DNA from: Spirulina sp.
GTDB taxonomy: Bacteria > Cyanobacteriota > Cyanobacteriia > Phormidesmidales > Phormidesmidaceae
Reading direction: 5' to 3'
DNA length: 64,000 nucleotides
Assembly (NCBI GenBank): GCA_044070495.1
Contig: JBIPSI010000008.1
Span: 32,001-96,000, forward strand
Positions 27,244 through 37,410 of this stretch are shown here, piece by piece. Numbering within the stretch: position 1 is the stretch's first letter; each line of letters begins with the position of its first letter. A model generated the notes under the pieces. The model was not told the DNA's origin. It searched no databases and saw nothing but the letters and a program-made list of their open reading frames with translations. Position numbers and translations under genes: made by a program.

Positions 27244-27999
27244 ATGTCGTTTTCCCTAGATCGCAAGGGGTCTGTTTGGCTGGGCACCACCGATACGGTG
27301 GATGACCCACCGACGGATATGGCGTCCGGGTCGGGGGGTGATCATGGTTCAACCTCAGTGCCGCCAGAACCGGAGGCGACCCTGTTCTTTGAAGGACGGT
27401 ATGCGGGTCAAATGGATATGGCCGCCGACTTGGGTACCGTGGGTACTTACCTGAATGGCCACCGTAGTTGGTTTCCCCGCTGCGCCCATCCCATGCGAGT
27501 TAACCCCATTTCCGAGCACGGCTATGCGCTAGTGGTGGGTCACTTTTCGGTGCTGGGCTATGAGGTAGAACCCCAGGTGGGTCTATACCTCTCGCCCCTC
27601 GACCACGGCATCTACCGCATTGATACCATGGCGATTCCGGGCTATGTGCCACCGGGCTACGATGTGGATTTTCAGGCGGTGCTGAACCTGCTGGAGGGAT
27701 ACGATCCCCAGGGCGATCCCCTCACCCAGGTGGATTGGACGCTGACGCTGACGGTGCGGATTCACAAGCCGCGTTTTCTGAACGCCATTCCCCAGGCCTT
27801 GATCAAAGCCTCCGGCGACAAGCTTTTGAATCAGGTGGTGCGCCAGGTCTCGAAGCGACTGACCCGCAAGGTTCAGGAGGATTTCCACAGCAGCCACCAC
27901 CTGCCCCTACCCGACAGCTACCATCGTCACCATTTTTGGTCTCACTGGGGTAAATCCAACCCCCAGCGGGAAAGCGACCATTCAGATTTTCCCCAATAA
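27244..27999 (+). CDS. DUF1997 family protein
   Basis: YLNGHRSWFPRCAHPM, GYEVEP.VGL, VSKRLTRKVQEDFH; start uncertain. Confidence 0.8.
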   Translation: MSFSLDRKGSVWLGTTDTVDDPPTDMASGSGGDHGSTSVPPEPEATLFFEGRYAGQMDMAADLGTVGTYLNGHRSWFPRCAHPMRVNPISEHGYALVVGHFSVLGYEVEPQVGLYLSPLDHGIYRIDTMAIPGYVPPGYDVDFQAVLNLLEGYDPQGDPLTQVDWTLTLTVRIHKPRFLNAIPQALIKASGDKLLNQVVRQVSKRLTRKVQEDFHSSHHLPLPDSYHRHHFWSHWGKSNPQRESDHSDFPQ

Positions 28000-28038
28000 A
28001 AAGCCTGCGGCCCAGGTTAAGCCTAGGCCGCAGGAAAA
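27999..28038. terminator. Hairpin terminator between convergent genes (T run on the minus strand)
   Basis: aaaag-cctgcggcccagg-ttaag-cctaggccgcagg. Confidence 0.6.
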
Positions 28039-28074
28039 TATCGTTATTGACTAGCCCTATGGGCTGGGACTGAA

Positions 28075-28536
28075 CTACAGATTAGACAGCAGGCGCTGCA
28101 CAATCTGTACCCCCGTGAAGGCCTGCCAGCCAAATAAACCCACTAGGACGACGTTCAGGGAAATGTGGGTGAGGCGAGCGGTTTCGTTGCCCTTCTGCAT
28201 GAAGGGGGTTAGCGCTGCCGAAGTGGTGATCAATCCGGCCATGCCGAGGCCCACCAGCAGGTGTGGCCCCACAAACAGCTTGCCGCTTTCCAAGTAGGTG
28301 GCCCCCATGCCGCCGATGGTGCCCAGCACCATGAACGCCATCAGCACGGAGCCTACCTTGTGGTGCTTGAGGGCAAACTTACCCTTGATCAGTTCCTTGC
28401 GGGTTTCGGCATCGGCTAGGCGAGTGCGGCGGGCCTGAACACCGAGGTACATGGCGTATAGGGTTGTCGCTAGCAAGACCCACATGGTGATGGGGTGGAC
28501 AAAGTTGAGCCAAGGCTGGAAGGTGTCTGCGGTCAT
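28075..28536 (-). CDS. DUF4079 membrane protein
   Basis: HPITMW, KHHKVGS, GPHLLVG, RLTHISLN, WQAFTG. Confidence 0.88.
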   Translation of the reverse strand: MTADTFQPWLNFVHPITMWVLLATTLYAMYLGVQARRTRLADAETRKELIKGKFALKHHKVGSVLMAFMVLGTIGGMGATYLESGKLFVGPHLLVGLGMAGLITTSAALTPFMQKGNETARLTHISLNVVLVGLFGWQAFTGVQIVQRLLSNL

Positions 28537-28701
28537 AGCAAGGAGTTGAAGTTTTAAGTTTTCTTACATGAGTATACAGTTAAGTCTCTGGCCTTGGCAA
28601 AGGCGCATCGGTGTCTGGTGTCATCCCTCCATAACGCCCTAGCCCGGAATAATCCCCTAGCCCACAGAAGATCGCTCGTTGCTCCCAGCCGATCCGCGCC
28701 G

Positions 28702-29133
28702 CTAGGAATGGTCGGCGGCGGCAGGGAAGGGGGAACAGGTGTCGTCGGGGCAGTGGGGATAGGCGGGCTGGTAGAGGTCGGCGCGTTGGCCAAAGAGTTG
28801 GTAACGATGGTCACGGATGTAAGCGTAGACCTGATCGCCAGCGGGTTTGGCACCGGGCAAGGCGCGATAGGCCGAGACCAACCCTTGCAGCAGGGGCATC
28901 TGGCGACCAATTTCCTCGGCGGCATCGCTACCCTGCCAGCGGCGGTTAGGCTGGGCTAGGTCGATCAGGATCATGCCCGCTTTGCCATCGGCGGGGGTGA
29001 GGCCGAAGGGGGCCAGGGCGGCGGCATCCTGCATGGGCACATACTGAAAGCGCTGACCCTGATCCACAGCTTCTAACACGCGCACCAGGTTGACACAGAG
29101 GTTGCAGTTGCCGTCGTAGATGATGCAATACAT
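28702..29133 (-). CDS. DCC1-like thiol-disulfide oxidoreductase (DUF393)
   Basis: YDGNCNLC, GSDAA, RY.LFG. Confidence 0.9.
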   Translation of the reverse strand: MYCIIYDGNCNLCVNLVRVLEAVDQGQRFQYVPMQDAAALAPFGLTPADGKAGMILIDLAQPNRRWQGSDAAEEIGRQMPLLQGLVSAYRALPGAKPAGDQVYAYIRDHRYQLFGQRADLYQPAYPHCPDDTCSPFPAAADHS

Positions 29134-29446
29134 GGTGGAAAGGGGCTGGCTGCGGTAGGGTGTAGCCGTATCTTAACCCCCTTCAGCCCTGGCTTTCCAG
29201 GGAAAAGTCTACCCCTAGGCAGAGGGGGCATCCGGCGGATCGCCAGCGAAACTAGGAAAGGGCGTAGGAGCCTAGACGCCAAACCCTGGGCGGCGCTTGG
29301 GGGCCGAGCAAATTGAACGTGAGGGAAACCCATTGGTCATGGTCACGATCCCGCATCAGCTAGTGCATCGCCTCTGGGTGGCCTCCAGTAACGGGGCTGG
29401 GTGGCCGATGGGTACCCTCTGGCTGGATGGAGGAATCGAGGGCGGC

Positions 29447-31078
29447 ATGACCCTGACCGATGGCGTGATCCCGGTGGCGTTGGTTATGGGAGCGGCCTTA
29501 CTGTGGCGGCTACTTTGGCCTAGGTTAGCCCAGGGGCGGGTGAATTGGATGGGTTCAATGACGGTACAGGACAACCTACAGGAGACCGCCGAACGGTTGA
29601 ATCTGGCCCTGAGTGCGGCGCAGATGGGGTCTTGGGATTGGAACTTAGATCAGCAGACGCAGTTTTGGTCGCCCCAAAGTAAACGCATCCTGGGGCTAGA
29701 TCCAGAGACCTCTCTCCAGCGGCTTGACCAATGGCAGGACTTCATCCACCCCGACGATTGGCCCGCCACCCAGACTGCTGTGGAGCAAGCCCTTGCCACC
29801 CAGCAAGATTTCACCCATCAATATCGGGTGCGATGGCCCGATGGCAGTTGGCACTGGGTGAGCCTCTCTGGGCGGGCGGTGGCCCAGGGGCGCAGTCAAC
29901 GTCTGGTGGGGGTGCTGCAAGATATCACCGACCGCAAGCAGGCGGAATTGTACCTGCGGGCCAGCGAAGCTCGGTTTCGGGCGGTGTTTGAACAGGCGGC
30001 GGTGGGCATGGCGCGGCTGTCGCCGGAGGGGCGATGGATTCAGGTCAACCAGGGGCTGTGCGACATCCTGGGGCGGCCCGCTGAGGCACTGCTGGGGCAT
30101 CACTTCTCGGAGGTCACCGACGAGGCCGACCAGAGCCAAGACGAGGTGTACTACCAGCAGTTGATCCAAGGCGAACAGAGATCCTGCCAGTTCGAGAAGC
30201 GCTACCTCCATGGCGATGGTCATCCGGTTTGGACGCTGGTGACGGTCTCCGTGGAGAGCGATGAATCCGAAGACATCACTGCCCTGATCGCCATTATCGA
30301 GGACATCACTGAGCGCAAGGCTGCCCGCGAAGAACTGCTGCGCCGCGCCGAAGAACTGGCCAACACCAACCTGATGCTGGCCCGCACCACCGCCCTGCTA
30401 GAGCGCCGCAACAGCGAACTCGATCAGTTTGCCTACGTCACCTCCCACGACCTCAAGGCTCCCCTGCGGGCCATTTCTAACCTGGCGGATTGGATCGGGG
30501 AAGACCTAGCGGGTCAGATTCCAGCGGAAAATCAACGGCAGTTGGCCCTGCTGAAAAGCCGCGTGCAGCGCATGGAGGCCCTGATCAACGGCCTGCTGGA
30601 ATATGCCCGCATTGGTCGCCGCGAACGGCAAATCACGCAGGTCAACGTGGCCCAATTGCTCCATAGCGTGATCGATTCCCTCGCGCCGCCCCCAGGGTTT
30701 CAGGTGCAGGTGGCCGATGCCATGCCCACCATCCCCACCCATCAGACCGCCCTCGGCCAAGTTTTTGCCAACCTCATTAGCAACGCCCTCAAACACCATC
30801 ACCAGGATCAGGGCCGCGTTACCATCCATTGCCGTTCCCAGGGGGATGTTTTAGAATTTTGCGTCAGCGACGATGGCCCCGGCATTGCCCCCCAATACCA
30901 CGAAAAAATCTTCACCATTTTCCAAACCCTCAAGGCCAGGGACGACTTTGAAAGTACCGGGGTGGGCCTCTCGGTGGTCAAAAAAATTGTGGAATCGGAA
31001 AATGGCCGCGTGTGGCTAGAATCGGCGGTGGGCGAGGGCAGTCGCTTTTACTTTACCTGGCCGATGGTGAGTGGGTGA
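29447..31078 (+). CDS. PAS-domain sensor histidine kinase
   Basis: Two PAS/PAC domains (DITDRK, DITERK), SHDLKAPL, NLISNALK, DDGPGI, GVGLS; start uncertain. Confidence 0.92.
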   Translation: MTLTDGVIPVALVMGAALLWRLLWPRLAQGRVNWMGSMTVQDNLQETAERLNLALSAAQMGSWDWNLDQQTQFWSPQSKRILGLDPETSLQRLDQWQDFIHPDDWPATQTAVEQALATQQDFTHQYRVRWPDGSWHWVSLSGRAVAQGRSQRLVGVLQDITDRKQAELYLRASEARFRAVFEQAAVGMARLSPEGRWIQVNQGLCDILGRPAEALLGHHFSEVTDEADQSQDEVYYQQLIQGEQRSCQFEKRYLHGDGHPVWTLVTVSVESDESEDITALIAIIEDITERKAAREELLRRAEELANTNLMLARTTALLERRNSELDQFAYVTSHDLKAPLRAISNLADWIGEDLAGQIPAENQRQLALLKSRVQRMEALINGLLEYARIGRRERQITQVNVAQLLHSVIDSLAPPPGFQVQVADAMPTIPTHQTALGQVFANLISNALKHHHQDQGRVTIHCRSQGDVLEFCVSDDGPGIAPQYHEKIFTIFQTLKARDDFESTGVGLSVVKKIVESENGRVWLESAVGEGSRFYFTWPMVSG

Positions 31079-31110
31079 ACCTGGGGCATGGCGTTCAAAG
31101 GGAGATCAGC

Positions 31111-32742
31111 ATGAAGCGATTAGGGTGGCTGGGATGGCTGAGCGTCGGGCTGGTGTGGGGCTGGCCGGGGTTAGCCTGGGGTCTGGATGGTTCTGAGTCA
31201 CAGCTAAGCCGAGGGGCATCGCTTTGGGCGCAGTCGTTGCCGCTGAATCGGGAATCAGATAGACCAACCTCGGAGAGCGGGGCATCCCTGAGGGAAAACC
31301 ATATTGATACCTCGGCGAGGACGCAGGTGTCGCTGACCTTGGCCGACTTGGTGGAACTGGTGTTAACAGGCAACCGAGACTTGCAAAACCAGGGCCTAGA
31401 GCGCATTGTGCAACGCCAGGAACTGACGGCGGCGGAGCAAACCTTCGACCCCCGCTTCACGCCGATTTTGGAGGCCCAGGTCACCCGCCAATGGTCGGAC
31501 ACCGAGGACGTTGTGGATACCACCACCGGAGACATCCTGTTTGGCACCAGCCCCACCAACCGCGATTCGAGGGCCGTGTTGCAAACCAGGGTCACCACTC
31601 GCCAGGGAACGCAGATTGAGGTGGATGCCGATCCGCTGAACCCCGACCGACTGCTAACCGTGCGCCTAGAACAACCCTTGCTGCGGGGCTTTGGCACAGC
31701 AGTAAACGAAGCCCCCTTGGAACAGGCCCGACTGGGAGAACGGCGCAACCAACTGAACCTGGAGGCCAACATCATTGATCTGATCACCACCGCCACCACC
31801 CGCTACACCAGCCTAATTAGCGCCCAGGCCCAGGTGGATATTCAATCCCAGGCCCTAGAACGGCGGCGGCGGCAGCTAGAAATTTTGCAGGCCCTGGTGG
31901 CGGCGGGGCGCGAGGCTCCCATCAACCTGCTTGACACCGAGCGGGCTGTCGCCGATGCAGAACGGCAGCTCGTGGAGGCCCAAAATGACCTCAACCAGGC
32001 CAACAACGACCTACTCAACCTGATCGGCACGGATCGGGGACTGCGGTTCGCCGCCAATGCCGCAACGGTGGAAGCCCTGTTCCAGGAGGCCGCCACCCAG
32101 GCCGCTCAGTATCGGGTAGAAACCTTGGTATCCCAAGCCTTTCGCCTGCGTCGAGACTACCAAGGGGCACAACTGGAACGACAGCAAACCGTCCTCGATC
32201 TGCGCTTGGCAGAAGACGCCCTGCGCTGGCAGGTCAATGCCGTGGCCGGGGGCAACCTGGGCGATCTCTCCCGCACCAGCCTGGGCCTGATCGCCACCCG
32301 CACCTTCGAGGAACCCGATCTCGAAACCAACCGCCTGCGCCGCACCATCACCCTGCAACAGCAAGACAACAGCCTCGTGCAACAGGAAGAAGAAATTCGC
32401 AACGATGTGGCCGCCCGTTTTGCCGATGTTCAGAGTGCCCAGCTTCAGGTAGAAGCTGCCGAACGGGCCACCGCCAGCGCCCGAAGCCAACTGGAGGCCA
32501 CCCAGGAACGGTACCGCCTCGGTCGGGACAACATCAGCCTATCCGACCTGATCGACCAGGAGGAACGACTCGTCACCGCTGAAACCAATGCCCTAGAAGC
32601 CCGCATTGCCTTCCTCAACAGCATGGCCGCCCTAGATCAAACCGTCGGCCTCACCCTTGACCGCTGGGCCACCCAAGTCGCCCAATCTCCCCTAGGTCAA
32701 GAACTGGGCTACGGCCTGCCGCGCCCTAGGGATTCTGAGTAA
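31111..32742 (+). CDS. TolC family outer-membrane efflux protein
   Basis: Signal peptide, LTLADLVELVL, QPLLRGFG, two helical repeats, ERYRLG. Confidence 0.88.
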   Translation: MKRLGWLGWLSVGLVWGWPGLAWGLDGSESQLSRGASLWAQSLPLNRESDRPTSESGASLRENHIDTSARTQVSLTLADLVELVLTGNRDLQNQGLERIVQRQELTAAEQTFDPRFTPILEAQVTRQWSDTEDVVDTTTGDILFGTSPTNRDSRAVLQTRVTTRQGTQIEVDADPLNPDRLLTVRLEQPLLRGFGTAVNEAPLEQARLGERRNQLNLEANIIDLITTATTRYTSLISAQAQVDIQSQALERRRRQLEILQALVAAGREAPINLLDTERAVADAERQLVEAQNDLNQANNDLLNLIGTDRGLRFAANAATVEALFQEAATQAAQYRVETLVSQAFRLRRDYQGAQLERQQTVLDLRLAEDALRWQVNAVAGGNLGDLSRTSLGLIATRTFEEPDLETNRLRRTITLQQQDNSLVQQEEEIRNDVAARFADVQSAQLQVEAAERATASARSQLEATQERYRLGRDNISLSDLIDQEERLVTAETNALEARIAFLNSMAALDQTVGLTLDRWATQVAQSPLGQELGYGLPRPRDSE

Positions 32743-32744
32743 CG

Positions 32745-33299
32745 ATTGACGCCGAAGGTTGCGAAGCATCGTGCTGGTGCCCACCGTCAAGGCTTTCTAG
32801 ACAAGCTGAGGAACCCAAGTTTTGATCGGCCAGGTTAGGAGAGATTTTGCTCGTTTCAACGATCCGATAAGCGCCGTTATGGAAGAGATATAGTCGTTCA
32901 TTATAAGAACGAGACAAGCTAAGCAGGGAGAATCTTACACAAGTAGGCTTTATAGATTCTCAAGCTTAATTAGAGTGACTATAAACGGTCAAGCGGCCAC
33001 GATCATAAATTCAAACCTCAGGAACTTGCAAAATTGCGTAAGCCTCCAACGTTGTTCTGGAGATAACGTCCGCTTCAATGGCGAGATCCGGCGGTGGATC
33101 GGTGTCCATATCCATCCGCATCAGGGCGCGTACTCGTGCGGCATTTTCAATAGTTAATCCTAGGAACGCGGCGATCTTCCCCTGACTCGGCGTATAGGGT
33201 CTCGTATTGCTCCCAGGTAACATCGTTGATCAACAGGTGGCTACCCGGTGACAGGTCAATGGTAGTGATGGGAAGTTTGACCAAGTTGAGCACAGTCAT
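32745..33299 (-). pseudogene. Uma2 family endonuclease pseudogene
   Basis: MTVLNLV...LINDVTWEQYETL...RINY then stop; in another frame DPPPDLAIEADV...AY..LQVPEV then stop; central part missing. Confidence 0.75.
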
Positions 33300-33446
33300 C
33301 GGGGATCCCTAGGTTTTGGAGTGGGCTTAGCTCCATTGTAAACAACGCCTAGAATGGTTCGGCCTTGATTATTTGCGAATACTAGAATGGCATCTTCCAC
33401 GGGCACTATCCCAAAACCATCGCCGACGCCGGGGAATCCCATGGTC

Positions 33447-33556
33447 AGCAGGATAGATTAGCAAAGCGTCATCCATGCGGCAAGGGAATTTTTGCGAGAG
33501 GCCATTAAATAGAATTGATGAGAATTGATGCGTTACGCTGGCGTAACGCATCCTAC
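33447..33556. repeat. Degenerate REP-like hairpin doublet (GTAGGATG class)
   Basis: gatgcgttacg-ctgg-cgtaacgcatc-ctac palindrome and degraded partner gcaggatagattagc...gtcatcc. Confidence 0.55.
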
Positions 33557-33561
33557 GGACT

Positions 33562-34095
33562 CTAGTCGTCATCCATGAGAGCCTGCATAGCAGATTGAAG
33601 ACTGCATTCGCTCGTCACAACCGAGTCAATAAGCACACTCATAGAGTCGAGAGTAAACATCCACAGCAGTAATGTTTCGAGGAACTCTTCCGGGTCAATT
33701 CCCCTGGATTTACCTAGAGCATTAACATACTTAAAAACAACTTGGTTCTGAGAATCCAGGCAAAAGCTACCTAGGGGAATCTTTAAGTTAATGGTCGGCA
33801 ATAGCTCAATAATTGCTGAGCGGCTCAAGTCGTCTTCTAATTTTATAGGTGTTTCACAATAAAACTGGAGTAGCTTTAGCGTTTCCACATCCGATTCGTC
33901 TAGCGGGATGAAGATGAGGCTAGCAATTCTAGATCGTCCTTTTGCGTCCGCTTCAAGCTCAATGGCTAAGGTGGTGATAGGCACCTCGGACGAACAAGGT
34001 AAAACCTGACTATTGAGATCCAATTCTGATTTAATCGCCGCTTCTAGTTGCTGAAGTTCAAAGAGGCTTCTAGCCTCATTCATGGCATCACTCAT
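33562..34095 (-). CDS. Hypothetical acidic protein, YbjN/type III chaperone-like fold suspected
   Basis: Acidic 177 aa; ELLPTINLKIPLGSFCLD...VVFKY pattern; directly downstream of the DUF4157 gene. Confidence 0.65.
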   Translation of the reverse strand: MSDAMNEARSLFELQQLEAAIKSELDLNSQVLPCSSEVPITTLAIELEADAKGRSRIASLIFIPLDESDVETLKLLQFYCETPIKLEDDLSRSAIIELLPTINLKIPLGSFCLDSQNQVVFKYVNALGKSRGIDPEEFLETLLLWMFTLDSMSVLIDSVVTSECSLQSAMQALMDDD

Positions 34096-34139
34096 TGGAA
34101 TTTTACCTCTAGTTTAATGTGAGATTTTATCGGTAGTAG

Positions 34140-36896
34140 CTAGCGTTTTTTCATGGCTTCAACGAGCATCTCGACTTGCTCTTTTGGGTTATGTCTCTCA
34201 GCCAACCACATTCCGTAGTTAACGCCAGTGGCACGAATAAGTTGTTCGGTCTGGTCTGCCTTCGCTGTATCGCCTGGTTTTAGCGTGGCAACTTGTTGAT
34301 AAATAAATTTGGCATGACCAACATATTCCCTATGTTTATTTTGAGAAGACTTCTTGTCTGACCCATCTCCTGAATCGCGATATATTTTCTGAATAAATTT
34401 GGCACTACTATGACCAACCCTATAGGCTCCTGCTCCAAGTTTAATGCTTTGCCCGATGGCGGCACCAATTCCTGTTGCGCCAACCGCAATGGTGGTAATA
34501 TCGCCCGCCATACTAACTAGTTCTAAGATGACATCCGTCCATCCACTGGTTTTCCTCTTCTTATTAATCTCAGACATCTTATCGGCATACTCATAGGTAT
34601 CAATCTGTTGATCAACATCTTCTAGAGGTTTTACGGTATTATCTCGGAACTCTACGACCGTGCGGGGGGTTCCGGTTAAGTCTTCAAGCTTTTTCTTAAC
34701 CTCTGCATTGAGGGTGGAGCTAGTAATCTTCGCTTTTACGGCGACATGTGCCCTCTTAGCAACGGAACGATCTTGCCTAGAATCTCTAGCGACATCACCC
34801 AGATTCTTGGATCTTTCCTGTGCTAATTCAGAAATTTGCTTGATCGATTCTCGCACATCCTTTTTAATGCGGAAGTAGGTTTTGTAGTTAGGGAAGGTAC
34901 CTCGTCTATCCTTATCAAATACCTTAGAGTCTTTAACATTATCCTCAGTGGGAACAGTATCTCCCAGGGTGCTGGCAAGGGTTATTCTTAATGGACTGGC
35001 TAATTGTCCCATGCTGCTCTTGGTTTTGTCGGCTGTAATCGCATCCCAAAGTCGGACTAGCGCATTAATAGCCGATACTCCAATCGATAGGGCTGGCACT
35101 GTATAGACAACTGACATAGGAATGCCCTTGCCAATAATATCGTAGGCTGACTTCGCAACCTTGGCTGCGCTAGCGGCTGCATTGGTAAAGGATTGAAAGG
35201 TAACCAGGGCATCTTTCTTTTTTTCATCGCTCTGCGATTTAAATAGACGATAAATACCAATAATGCCAAGGGCAGCATCCTTAACGGCGCTCAATCCATC
35301 AGCAATCGCACCTGTAACTTTTCCAGCCACATCTGATTTCCCGACTCCTTTTTCAGAACCACTTATCTTAGCAATTGAATCTACGATTTTCGTTGAGCCT
35401 GAGGTTGCTTTGCCGAGTGACTGAACAAATCCGAAGCCAGCGGCAAAGTTATCCCAAGCACTTTTGTCTTTACTAATTGCCTGGAAATTCGCTGCAAGGC
35501 CCAGCAATCCAGAAAAAGTATCTCCTACACCAGCGGTAATATCCAACCCTGTTTTAGCCGTTGTACTGCCTGATGAGGCATCTTCCCTATCATGCAATCT
35601 ACCATCTTTAATCGTCTTCAGAGACGATTGCTCTATAGTTCCTGCCGAACCATCAAAAAAACCACCTGCTGTATCTGTTGTATTTTGTCCAACCTCGAAT
35701 GAGTCACTTTGAAACTTTGGATCAGTGACCCCTGTTAGGGTACGCTTTAAAACAATTTTGCTTTTGCGTAAATAGCCATCTTTGCCAGCGGCCTTGGCTT
35801 TCGTCCACTCCCCTATCGTAGCGGTCTCATCGGCTTCTACCTCATCTCCAGACCTTAGCTTTTTCCCACCTGATACGGTTCCCTTATCCTTTCCTGTGGT
35901 TGGATCAATGCGATGAAGCTGGGCTGTATCGTTGACGTAGGCTACTTCAAAGGCCGCCTGAATAGAAGGAGGCACATTAGAGGAAGTGGAAGGTTTTGGG
36001 AGGATAGAACCCATTGACATCTCTAACCTATTTTGTGGGATGTTAGGTTCTTGGATCGCATCTGAGTTCAAGTTTCCAGAAGCCCCAGATCGCTGCACTG
36101 TTGCCCCCTTCTGCTGCACCACATGGGTTAATTCATGGGCAATTAATTCCTGACCTCCACGGCTTCCCGGTTGATAGGCTCCTTGGCGGAAGAAAATATC
36201 CTGCCCTGTGGTAAAGGCTTTGGCTTGAATGGATCGGTTCAGTTGGTCGGATTGGCTATCGGTATGAATCCGCACATTGCTAAAGTCGGCCCCCATGGCG
36301 TGGCCTATTTTGGCTTGCAAATCGGGTGCGAGGGCTTGGCCGCTGCCCCTGGCTTGTTGAATGCCTGTTTCTAAATAGGGAGAAGCCTCTCCTGCTACAA
36401 TCTGGCCAAGCGATGCCGGCTTCATTTGCAGTTCGTCTTCCTCGGTCATCTCCAGCCGTTGAAGCATGGGCTGCATTTGCAGTTCGTCTTCTTCCAGGGC
36501 CTTGCGCTGCAAGAGGGGCTTCATTTGCAGTTCGTCTTCCTCGGGCATGGCTAGCCGCTGGACAGCCGGGGAAGGGTGGGCTGGGTTGGCACTGGGTGCA
36601 TGGATGTGCTGCACCACCTGGCTAGCCACGCGGTCAGCCTCTTGTTCGTAGGGATCGTTAGGCGCACCGATGGTGAGCTTGGGTTGAATCGGTTGCCTAC
36701 TGGTGCCGCTTGGGTCTTGGATGGTAAAGGTATGGAAAGACACCTCAGGAGCGGCACCTATGGAGTTTGGGGACAGGGCCTCTGGGGCGGTCTGGGCCTC
36801 GGGGACTGGCGCGAAGGGGCGAGGCTGAAAAGGGTCTGGGATATGGCCTTTCGGAGTTGGAGAAGATTGTTTTTTTCGAGAGAGGTTATCTTTCAT
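34140..36896 (-). CDS. DUF4157 (eCIS core-domain) protein with variable C-terminal putative effector
   Basis: IQPKLTIGAPNDPYEQEADRVA, 3x EEDELQM repeats, GADFSNVRIHTD, AKAFTTG, LIAHELTHVVQQ. Confidence 0.9.
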   Translation of the reverse strand: MKDNLSRKKQSSPTPKGHIPDPFQPRPFAPVPEAQTAPEALSPNSIGAAPEVSFHTFTIQDPSGTSRQPIQPKLTIGAPNDPYEQEADRVASQVVQHIHAPSANPAHPSPAVQRLAMPEEDELQMKPLLQRKALEEDELQMQPMLQRLEMTEEDELQMKPASLGQIVAGEASPYLETGIQQARGSGQALAPDLQAKIGHAMGADFSNVRIHTDSQSDQLNRSIQAKAFTTGQDIFFRQGAYQPGSRGGQELIAHELTHVVQQKGATVQRSGASGNLNSDAIQEPNIPQNRLEMSMGSILPKPSTSSNVPPSIQAAFEVAYVNDTAQLHRIDPTTGKDKGTVSGGKKLRSGDEVEADETATIGEWTKAKAAGKDGYLRKSKIVLKRTLTGVTDPKFQSDSFEVGQNTTDTAGGFFDGSAGTIEQSSLKTIKDGRLHDREDASSGSTTAKTGLDITAGVGDTFSGLLGLAANFQAISKDKSAWDNFAAGFGFVQSLGKATSGSTKIVDSIAKISGSEKGVGKSDVAGKVTGAIADGLSAVKDAALGIIGIYRLFKSQSDEKKKDALVTFQSFTNAAASAAKVAKSAYDIIGKGIPMSVVYTVPALSIGVSAINALVRLWDAITADKTKSSMGQLASPLRITLASTLGDTVPTEDNVKDSKVFDKDRRGTFPNYKTYFRIKKDVRESIKQISELAQERSKNLGDVARDSRQDRSVAKRAHVAVKAKITSSTLNAEVKKKLEDLTGTPRTVVEFRDNTVKPLEDVDQQIDTYEYADKMSEINKKRKTSGWTDVILELVSMAGDITTIAVGATGIGAAIGQSIKLGAGAYRVGHSSAKFIQKIYRDSGDGSDKKSSQNKHREYVGHAKFIYQQVATLKPGDTAKADQTEQLIRATGVNYGMWLAERHNPKEQVEMLVEAMKKR

Positions 36897-37027
36897 CGCG
36901 CTTACCTCTAGCCTGCACCGGCCTGATTACCTAGGTTCCCAGCCTCACTATGTCACAGGAGCCTGGGCTTGTTCCTTAGCCAATGGTCGAAGATCTAAAC
37001 AAATTCCCAGGTCGCACAGACCTCCCC

Positions 37028-37175
37028 CTGGCTGACTAACACAACAGCGAAAAGCCTTGATATCTCACAGGTTGGGCGGCACGATAGGAGAACCCAACAA
37101 GCCCGAAGTCTTTGGCAAGTGCTGGGTTTCGCTTCGCTGCACCTAACCTACTTTGGAGGTATGTCAGGCCATTAG
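37028..37175 (+). mobile_element. MITE family 2, subtype alpha, degraded (148 bp)
   Basis: Colinear with 22380-22527; flanks GACCTCCCC and GCCCTACCC match at 7 of 9 positions. Confidence 0.75.
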
Positions 37176-37256
37176 GCCCTACCCTTCTGCCTTATAAGGA
37201 AGCCAGAAAGGGGGAGGGCAGGGATCTAGGTTGATTTTAGGTTCGGTGTTCGGCGG

Positions 37257-37386
37257 CTGGTTGACTGACAAAACTTGCTAGAACCCATATCCGCCAAAGG
37301 GTCAGGAGACCTGACCCTTACATGAACCCGATGCCGTAGGGACGCGGTTTCCGCGTCCGGCGCAGGATCTTTTGTCAGTCAACCAG
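37257..37386 (+). mobile_element. MITE family 2, subtype beta (130 bp), perfect 17-bp TIR, 9-bp duplication GTTCGGCGG
   Basis: CTGGTTGACTGACAAAA...TTTTGTCAGTCAACCAG; direct repeats at 37248-37256 and 37387-37395. Confidence 0.9.
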
Positions 37387-37410
37387 GTTCGGCGGTCAGC
37401 GACGGTCTCT

